Below are positions 1 through 7,040 of a stretch of 7,792 nucleotides of DNA, piece by piece. The translations under genes were made by a program, and so were the position numbers. Location: positions 1-7,792 of the forward strand of contig MTSL01000016.1 of assembly GCA_002794465.1 (NCBI GenBank). The letters run 5' to 3'. The notes under the pieces were generated by a model, which worked only from the letters and a program-made list of their open reading frames with translations, did not search any database and was not told the origin of the DNA. The stretch comes from Paramicrosporidium saccamoebae KSL3. Lineage: Eukaryota > Fungi > Cryptomycota. Positions within the stretch are counted from its first letter, which is position 1. Each line of letters starts with the position of its first letter.

Positions 1-937
<937 letters not shown>

Positions 938-944
938 ATTGTGT

Positions 945-1080
945 TGTAGTATGTAATGGATTGCCCAGCTGTAGTATGTGGCGGATTTCCAAGCTGTATT
1001 ATGTAATGGATTGCCAAATTGTAATGTGTAGTGGATTGCCCAACTGTATTATGTAGTGGATTGATAAACTGTATTATGTG
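945..1080. repeat. 25-nt tandem repeat, about 5.4 copies, consensus TGTAKTATGTARTGGATTGCCMAAC, between the convergent DPM1 and HMGR stops
   Basis: Units start at 945, 970, 995, 1020, 1045 and 1070 (partial), each beginning TGTA with exact 25-nt spacing. Confidence 0.93.
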
Positions 1081-1122
1081 TTTGTTACGATATGGTGTCT
1101 GGGTAACATTCCCTCCTTTAGA

Positions 1123-3876
1123 TTATTGTCGAGATTGATTGAGCGTTTGGTGAGCCTTGACCAAGGTGCCTTCACTTAGAGAGGCGATCAAGGAAATCTC
1201 GCCAGCTAGTACCGTTGCCACAATTAGTCGAGCCAGTAGAGCTGCTCTCTCGCCCTCTGGGACAACTTCCAGTCCTAGCATTTCCAGACACGCTCGCTGT
1301 GCCGATAGGACCGTACCACCTCCCACAGTCCCCACCTCAATGCACGGCATTGTGCAGGACACATACAGCGCCTCATCGCAGCACTCCATCAGGGTGAGAC
1401 ACGACGCAGATGTCACCACTTGGGCAGGATCCTGGCCAAGAGCAATGAACATGGCCGAGACGACATTGGCTGCATGAGCATTGCATCCAGAGCCGCTCGA
1501 TCCCGCTACCATTGAGCCGACGAGATTTTTCGTCGTATTCACTTCGACCATTGCTGCCACATTGCTTTTCAACACACTCTCCACCACCTCGGCGGGAATG
1601 AATGCCTCTGCAGTGACGGATTTCCCCCGTCCATCCACCCAGTTGACAGCTGCGCTCTTTTTGTCACTGCAAAAGTTCCCAGAGAGGGCAATTACTCGCA
1701 TCAATGGAAACTCGTGCTGCAGGAATGACAATGCGCTTTGACTGGATTTGGAAATCATATTCATGCCCATTGCATCACCAGTTTTGGCTTTGAACCGGAG
1801 ATAGACTAAGCGGCCGACGACACGAGTGTCAATCTTTTGGAGGACCACAAAACGACTGCTACCATTGAACACTTGGGAGAGGGATTCAAAGTTGGCGCTG
1901 ATCCAGTTGCAAAGTTGCAGGGCGTCTTCCAAGGTAGGGAATTTAACCACCGGTCCTCTGGTCATTCCGTCATCAAGAAGTGCTGTAGTCACGCCGCCGC
2001 CATAGCTTGTTGCTTTGCAACCACGACTGGTGCTGGCCACCAGCGCACCCTCAGTGGTGGACATTGGAACATAATATTCACTACCATCCACTCGGATTGG
2101 GCCTGCTACGCCGACTGGAACCGGCACATAGCCGACCACATTTTCGCAGTTTCTTCCTAAAATCTGGTCGTACTCATAGCCGAGACAGGGAAGGCCCGAT
2201 AACCCCTTTGACGGTTGTTCCGATGATCCTTTTGGCAGTTGCTCCGATAGTCCTGTCGACGACTGCCCTGACAATCCTCTTGACGACTGATTTGATGCTC
2301 TTTTTGACAGCTGTTCTTCAATGTACCTTCGACGCACAGTAACCCCTCTTTCGCTATCATTCAAAATCCGTTCTAGGCTGTACAATGGAATCTTTCCAGA
2401 TTCGATCAAGTCGACAATTTGCTCATCCGATGCCTCAGCAATCACAGAGTCGGAGGGTAGTGGAATGACAGGCTTGGGTTCTATGGGTCTCGTGCGTGTC
2501 CTGAGTAGGCGATAAAGATAGTAATTGAACAGCAGTGAAATGGGCAAAGCAAGCGAAAAGGACACTTGCAGCACATGCTTCAAATTTGTGACTTGATAAC
2601 CCGGAATCAGCCTGGCAAAGATTTCATACATTACATATATGGCGCTAAAATGTCCGTCATGGATGGAGACGAGTGGCATGGTGTAAATCTTGGCATTGGT
2701 GAACATTTCAGAAAAGCCAATCCCTTCAAGATCAAGATCCAAGGACATTCGGGAGCTGAGAGAGGAGAGAACATTTAGGGAATACAAGGCCAATAGAATA
2801 ACGGTGGCAATCAGCTTGGCGCGACTTTTCCAAGGATTCTCCAAGTCGTGGGAAGACACTGCAGCCCTTGACGCATGCAGTCTCATCCGAAACGCAATCA
2901 TTCCCAAGAAAAAAGTGTGAAGCAGGACAAAATCGGCGACAAGCATGCAAACACAGAGCAAGCTAAACTCGTGCAATCCTTTTACATCAGAGAGGGCAAA
3001 AAGAGCAAAGAGAGAAATTTCTTTCAGGTATTCTAAAAGTAGAGGACGCAACGACTCTTCCACTCCACAAAGCAATCCCACAGTGTCGCCCTTTTTGTGT
3101 CGCTGATTATAAATATTCCTCGCCAGCATATAAGACTTTCGAAACCCAACAGCCGTAATAAAGAATGGTCCAAATTCTATCAGAAGCAGTGGATCAATAG
3201 TCAGTCCCATTTTGTTGATCACTGACAGCGCAAAGACAAGGTCCATGCTGGCCATCAGAAGGGAACAGCACCCCAAGCTAAATTTTGAGCCGATCCGATC
3301 AAAATTCTTAAAGAGTACATGGACGGTGGAATATGCACCAATGAGGCCGACAATGAGCAGCAACACTTCTGACCACCGCCCAGAACGAACAAGATTCAGA
3401 ATCTGCGAGACAGCTCCCACCGTACGGGGACTGGAAACATTTAATTCAAGCGAGACGAGAGACGCAAAGTCCAGATTAGAGTCTGGTGAGACTATTACAA
3501 AATGGCGTTTTAGAGCAGACAATTCGGCGACCTTTAATGCTCCGTCAGAGTAGACACCAGTCTTGCCAAGAATGGTTGCGCTGGGGAATCCGTCCGCCAT
3601 AATTTTGCCCATTGCCTCGTGTTTCACGGGATCCACTTCTGGGTACACCACCACAGGATAGACATAGTAAACAGGCCCCTCTCCGTCCCGCATCAGCTTT
3701 GGCTCACCAGAGACGCTTGGAATGCGCTGCACCCGCACCAGTGATACATACAATGCAACTGCAAGCACTACACATCCCCAAACAACCTTGAGGGGGTGTC
3801 TAGCCAGGAAGAATACTGGCCGTCTGACTCCGAAGGGCATCATTAGGTGGAGTGCCACTAACCAATCAGGGCCCAT
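1123..3876 (-). CDS. HMG1: Class I 3-hydroxy-3-methylglutaryl-CoA reductase with N-terminal membrane / sterol-sensing domain (917 aa from first ATG; start may be ATG 3843)
   Basis: Catalytic motifs CENVVGY, MSTTEGALVAS (Glu), TGDAMGMNM, GNFCSDKK (Lys), GQDPAQ (Asp), GTVGGGT, C-terminal His (HQTLN). Hydrophobic N-terminal half with an HPIH-like segment (HPLKVVW) and SSD-like GSKFSLG...LLIEFGPFFITAVGF. Confidence 0.97.
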   Translation of the reverse strand: MGPDWLVALHLMMPFGVRRPVFFLARHPLKVVWGCVVLAVALYVSLVRVQRIPSVSGEPKLMRDGEGPVYYVYPVVVYPEVDPVKHEAMGKIMADGFPSATILGKTGVYSDGALKVAELSALKRHFVIVSPDSNLDFASLVSLELNVSSPRTVGAVSQILNLVRSGRWSEVLLLIVGLIGAYSTVHVLFKNFDRIGSKFSLGCCSLLMASMDLVFALSVINKMGLTIDPLLLIEFGPFFITAVGFRKSYMLARNIYNQRHKKGDTVGLLCGVEESLRPLLLEYLKEISLFALFALSDVKGLHEFSLLCVCMLVADFVLLHTFFLGMIAFRMRLHASRAAVSSHDLENPWKSRAKLIATVILLALYSLNVLSSLSSRMSLDLDLEGIGFSEMFTNAKIYTMPLVSIHDGHFSAIYVMYEIFARLIPGYQVTNLKHVLQVSFSLALPISLLFNYYLYRLLRTRTRPIEPKPVIPLPSDSVIAEASDEQIVDLIESGKIPLYSLERILNDSERGVTVRRRYIEEQLSKRASNQSSRGLSGQSSTGLSEQLPKGSSEQPSKGLSGLPCLGYEYDQILGRNCENVVGYVPVPVGVAGPIRVDGSEYYVPMSTTEGALVASTSRGCKATSYGGGVTTALLDDGMTRGPVVKFPTLEDALQLCNWISANFESLSQVFNGSSRFVVLQKIDTRVVGRLVYLRFKAKTGDAMGMNMISKSSQSALSFLQHEFPLMRVIALSGNFCSDKKSAAVNWVDGRGKSVTAEAFIPAEVVESVLKSNVAAMVEVNTTKNLVGSMVAGSSGSGCNAHAANVVSAMFIALGQDPAQVVTSASCLTLMECCDEALYVSCTMPCIEVGTVGGGTVLSAQRACLEMLGLEVVPEGERAALLARLIVATVLAGEISLIASLSEGTLVKAHQTLNQSRQ
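2195..2290 (-). repeat. In-frame 24-nt (8-aa) tandem repeat x4 inside the HMGR catalytic N-domain: QSSRGLSG/QSSTGLSE/QLPKGSSE/QPSKGLSG
   Basis: Plus-strand units at 2195, 2219, 2243, 2267: cccgataacccctttgacggttgt, tccgatgatccttttggcagttgc, tccgatagtcctgtcgacgactgc, cctgacaatcctcttgacgactga. Confidence 0.9.
3860..3869 (+). promoter_or_regulatory. CCAAT box (AACCAATCAG), candidate NF-Y/HAP site for HMGR
   Basis: Matches the RRCCAATSRG consensus. Lies between the first ATG (3876) and the ATG-ATG pair (3843/3840). Confidence 0.35.
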
Positions 3877-3883
3877 CTACAAA

Positions 3884-4102
3884 CAATACGATTTATTGTT
3901 CTTCCACCTGTAATACGATTCTCTGTAATGCGGTTTTCCTGCAATACGAGTTCCCGTCTTTTCATGTATGGTAAGAGCTATTGTTCTTTTATCTGTGATA
4001 CGAGTTATTATCTCTCGTTCTGTAGTACGAGTTATCATCCCTTGTTCTGTAACACGATTTATTATCCCTCGTTCGGTAACACGATTTATTGTCCTTCATT
4101 CT
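3884..4102. repeat. 27-nt tandem repeat x4 (3992-4099) with degenerate shorter copies back to about 3884; overlaps the myosin light chain stop codon and lies upstream of HMGR
   Basis: Units tctgtgatacgagttattatctctcgt (3992), tctgtagtacgagttatcatcccttgt (4019), tctgtaacacgatttattatccctcgt (4046), tcggtaacacgatttattgtccttcat (4073). Partial copies aatacgatttattgttcttcca (3885), ctgtaatacgatt (3908), ctgcaatacgagtt (3939). Confidence 0.9.
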
Positions 4103-4645
4103 GCTCTTCCTCGGCATGTGTCAGTGTTTTTACAAAGTGACGATAATTGATATGGCCGTTGGCGTCGAGCTCAGTTCCACGTAGCATCAGATCAAACTCT
4201 TCTTCGCAAAGACGATCACCCATCGTGGTAAAGTATTCGCGCAGCAAATCGGAAGAAATGTGACCAGTACGCCGCTCATCAAGTACCTCAAAGGCATTCA
4301 GGAGGTCTGCTTCAGTGTCGATACCTTGCATTCGCTCCCCCATCATGGCCAGGAAGAGGGTAAAATTGAGTCCAGGGGATCCCTCAGGCAGCTCGGCTAA
4401 CATCCCCTCAAGCTCCTCTTCAGTGGGTGGACGACCGAGTGAAGTAAGGATCTCTTGTAGATCGTTCCGGTCAATGAGTCCGTCGGCATTCTGGTCAATA
4501 AAGGAAAATGCTTCTTTGAATTCGCCGATTTGGCGCTGGTCAAACATGGCAAAGACATTTGAATTCTGTCGGGCCGTCTTATTCCTTCTCTTGGCTGCCT
4601 ACAAGATTTAAGTGAGACTAGATATCAGAGTGTCGGTACAAACAT
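4086..4645 (-). CDS. Myosin II regulatory light chain (EF-hand), predicted join(4640..4645, 4086..4598), 172 aa
   Basis: [35 protein letters not shown] is the RLC signature with EF-hand 1; also [13 protein letters not shown] and FTTMGDRL. Homology extends 17 codons upstream of ATG 4547 ([17 protein letters not shown]) to an in-frame TAG that fits a 3' splice site. Exon 4086-4598 is confident; the 6-nt first exon is inferred. Confidence 0.9.
4599..4639 (-). other. Predicted 41-nt spliceosomal intron in the myosin light chain gene
   Basis: GTACCG...CTCACTTAAATCTTGTAG on the minus strand. Splicing joins ATG TTT in frame to GCA GCC AAG AGA and removes the in-frame stop. Confidence 0.65.
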
Positions 4646-4787
4646 TGCGGTGTTTCAAGTGTGTGTGTCTGTTTACAGCCCAGATAACCGCCGGATACCC
4701 TGGCCAGCTCCGAGTTCTGGCCACAAAAGTTATACTTGTCGCTCCTGTGGTGGATATCCAGACCAACACCCATATCAGACAGTAGCA

Positions 4788-5067
4788 ATGATTATACCTG
4801 TACGCTGCTTTACATGCGGCAAAGTGATCGGAAACAAGTGGGACGCCTACCTGAACCTGCTGCAGGAAGACTACACTGAGCGGTATTAGCGTGTGGGGCT
4901 GCTAATCTTGCGTAGGGAGGCACTTGATGAACTGGGACTGTCGAGGTATTGCTGTCGAAGGATGCTATTGACGCATGTCGATCTGATTGAAAAGCTCCTC
5001 CAATATAATGGTAATAGCGCCTGTAATAGCTCCTCATGTCTTAGTCTATGAGCGTCGTCAAACTTAG
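4788..5067 (+). CDS. RPB10: RNA polymerase I/II/III shared subunit RPABC5, join(4788..4882, 4916..5010, 5045..5067), 70 aa
   Basis: Spliced protein [70 protein letters not shown], with the CxxC...CC zinc ligands and the near-invariant [15 protein letters not shown] block. Confidence 0.96.
4883..4915 (+). other. 33-nt spliceosomal intron (RPB10 intron 1)
   Basis: GTATTAG...GCTAAT (branch-like, 4901-4906)...TAG. Its removal is needed to skip TAG 4887-4889 and join the two conserved halves in frame. Confidence 0.92.
5011..5044 (+). other. 34-nt spliceosomal intron (RPB10 intron 2)
   Basis: GTAATAG...CTCAT...TTAG. Splicing gives a short charged tail (YNVYERRQT). Less forced than intron 1 because the unspliced reading also yields an intact core. 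Confidence 0.65.
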
Positions 5068-5125
5068 TACAGAATTTACATACAAAATACACTGCATTCT
5101 CTATAGATAAATCACGCCGCTACCC

Positions 5126-5134
5126 TTGGCGGGA
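5126..5134 (+). promoter_or_regulatory. TTGGCGGGA motif (E2F-like) 2 nt before the ATG of the Elg1-like gene
   Basis: Identical to 189-197. GGCGGGA is the core of known E2F/DP sites. Motif match only. Confidence 0.4.
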
Positions 5135-5136
5135 GT

Positions 5137-6510
5137 ATGGTGGGTCGCATTACGGACTTTTTCCAATTAAAACGGCCGCTTCAGCTGGAGGATATCGAGG
5201 AAGAGATGGCTCGAGAGCTTCCGACAGTGTCGCCAAAGGACAGTGCACATCCTTTTTTCGTTGCGCAAGTAAAGAAAAGAAGGGAATTCGAGGACTGCAG
5301 GGAACGAGATTTAGTCTTTAGCTCCATAAGAAAGTGTCCCGACGACGCTCCTCTGTTTCCGCTCTTTTCGCACACCCCTCAAATTGAAAGGATCCTTGGC
5401 GAGACTATTCCTTGTTCGAATCATAAAGAATTCAATGATAGGTGGAGTATCGACAAGTGTATAGGCCCATTTATTGGCACAGTCATGGACCCGCCTAGTG
5501 GCAGTTGGGCCATTGATGGATCCATAGACTTGCCAGGAGCCGGTAAATTTTTGGAGCCCTCATCTCGGTATGATTTGAGGAACCTTGAGAGCATTCAGGG
5601 CAAAATTTTAGAGTGGATCGCCGAGGTACCCGAAGAAGACGCTGATGATGCGTGCCATTGGGTTGATTCCAGTGCTCAACTCGAACGAGTAACGGCAAAC
5701 AGATCGATTGTATTTCTGAGCGGCCCGACCGGAACGGGAAAATCGGTCTTGGCAAGGACATTGGCGAATCGACTAGCAGTGCCACTAAAGGAAATTGACG
5801 CTGCGGTGACTATACGCACCGGGAGGGCATTCGAAGATGTTAAATCTGCAAGCCATGGCCAGCGCGATGCTCTCCGTAGATTCTTGCAGCCTGTCGAGTC
5901 TGTGGGCAATACTGCAAGTTCAAAGATAAAGATGGTCGTTTTGGTGGATGAGGTAGACCTGATATTTCCATGCGATCGTTTCTACACGGCGCTGAATTCG
6001 TTCCTCAGGGAAGTGCCTGGGTCGATTCTTGTCATTTTGACGGCAAACATTGGTATTCGCTGTCTTGACCGATGGATTGATCTGCCGCCCGGATCTCTGC
6101 TTATAGAGTCAGTGGGATTGCTAAACGACACCGCTCATCATGCTGCTTTGGAATTGAATTTTGATCAAGTCATTCATAGATCAGTGTTGGACCAGTGCCA
6201 TGCCGTGGTGAATCGGGAACAAGAATTGGCCGACATTCCCACCAGTTGTGTTCCGTTTGATTCCGAATACATTCCACCGGGGACCGATGCTTTATGGCGA
6301 GACTTGCAGCGCGAAGGATGGATGACACACTGTGTTCGGCACCAGGATTGGGTTCTAGAGTATCGACCTGCCTGGAAGTATCTTGAAGAAGATGCAGCTG
6401 AAAGACACGAAACACGACTGAGACGAACTGCTAGAAAAATTAGACATAGAAGCTATTTGATGGGAGTTCCACAAGCTCTTATTACCCGACTCTGGCATAA
6501 TTGTAAATAG
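5137..6510 (+). CDS. ELG1: RFC large-subunit-like AAA+ protein, most similar in motif pattern to Elg1/ATAD5 (PCNA unloader), 457 aa
   Basis: Walker A GPTGTGKS (5722-5745), Walker B VVLVDEVD (to 5958), sensor-1-like VILTAN. LKEIDAA..RTGR parallels the ELNAS..RSG motif of RFC-like large subunits. EVDLIFPCDRFYTAL resembles ATAD5 EVDVIF.ED.GF (recalled, not searched). AAA+ call is firm; Elg1 versus Ctf18/Rad24 is less so. Confidence 0.7.
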   Translation: MVGRITDFFQLKRPLQLEDIEEEMARELPTVSPKDSAHPFFVAQVKKRREFEDCRERDLVFSSIRKCPDDAPLFPLFSHTPQIERILGETIPCSNHKEFNDRWSIDKCIGPFIGTVMDPPSGSWAIDGSIDLPGAGKFLEPSSRYDLRNLESIQGKILEWIAEVPEEDADDACHWVDSSAQLERVTANRSIVFLSGPTGTGKSVLARTLANRLAVPLKEIDAAVTIRTGRAFEDVKSASHGQRDALRRFLQPVESVGNTASSKIKMVVLVDEVDLIFPCDRFYTALNSFLREVPGSILVILTANIGIRCLDRWIDLPPGSLLIESVGLLNDTAHHAALELNFDQVIHRSVLDQCHAVVNREQELADIPTSCVPFDSEYIPPGTDALWRDLQREGWMTHCVRHQDWVLEYRPAWKYLEEDAAERHETRLRRTARKIRHRSYLMGVPQALITRLWHNCK

Positions 6511-7040
6511 ATATTCTGCTCTAAAGCTATAACGATTCGAGCTTTAAAGCCTGTTCAACAAAGATATTTGTGTATGTGAAATGGAACTGTTGTGTGGTGT
6601 GAGTATTATCACAGTGTCAATATAAGTGGACGACAGGAGATGAGAACTGTTTATTATCAACTAGTGTGTCGATAAATCCAGACGTTGGAGTGTCAATCGT
6701 TGCATTTCTCATTACTGACCCCCACATTTGGCCCCGTAGCAAAAATACCCAGCTAACTATTCCACCACTTGACATAGCCACAGATCAGAGATTTTAATAA
6801 ACGCTCTTGTTACTGGGCTTACAAACAGCATCCGATTATGGTTGGCAATCCTGATAACTCCCACAATCCCAATCCAGTGGGTTAAGGGTGGCAGCCTATA
6901 ATAAAGCTAACTCGCTCATCAGTAGACCCTTTATTGGGGGATTTTGATCCGTAGATTCACACTTTATGTGACTTGTACAGTAAAGACTTGCTTAGATTCC
7001 TAATAAGTATAGAATCCATTTCCCACGCTCGTCGTTTGAA

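Noticed and set aside
945-1080. CRISPR-like array (also considered for 3992-4099)
   Set aside because: Units are head-to-tail with no unique spacers, there are no cas genes, and the context is eukaryotic.
4618-4773. 51-codon minus-strand [19 protein letters not shown]..., superficially like the RPL18 N-terminus
   Set aside because: Similarity does not continue past the first few residues, and it overlaps the light chain first exon and intron.
4650-4787. In-frame N-terminal extension of RPB10 containing a CxxC (YTCRSCGG)
   Set aside because: No ATG upstream in frame, and RPB10 orthologues begin at MI(I/V)P.
6522-6550. Hairpin TAAAGCT-N11-AGCTTTA and palindrome GCTTTAAAGC after the Elg1-like stop as an intrinsic terminator
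   Set aside because: Short AT-rich stem with no U-tract, and intrinsic terminators are not expected for Pol II genes.
6730-6800. GGCCCCGTAGC resembling a tRNA 5' end or the U6 GGCCCC segment
   Set aside because: No D-loop, T-loop (GTTCRA) or matching acceptor stem, and no ACAGAGA box upstream.
6879-6889. GGGTTAAGGGT as a telomere remnant or telomerase template
   Set aside because: Only about 1.5 units of a 7-mer, easily expected by chance, with no supporting context.
6785-6922. CTGATGA (minus, 6922-6916) as a hammerhead core or C/D snoRNA box C paired with CTGA at 6788-6785
   Set aside because: No stem II followed by GAAA for a hammerhead. For a snoRNA there is no terminal stem and no rRNA antisense element I can recognise. 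An Rfam scan would settle it.
7000-7011. ATACTTATTAGG (minus) resembling the U1 snRNA 5' end
   Set aside because: It lacks the ACTTACC needed to pair with GT donors, and no U1 stem-loops or Sm site are evident downstream.
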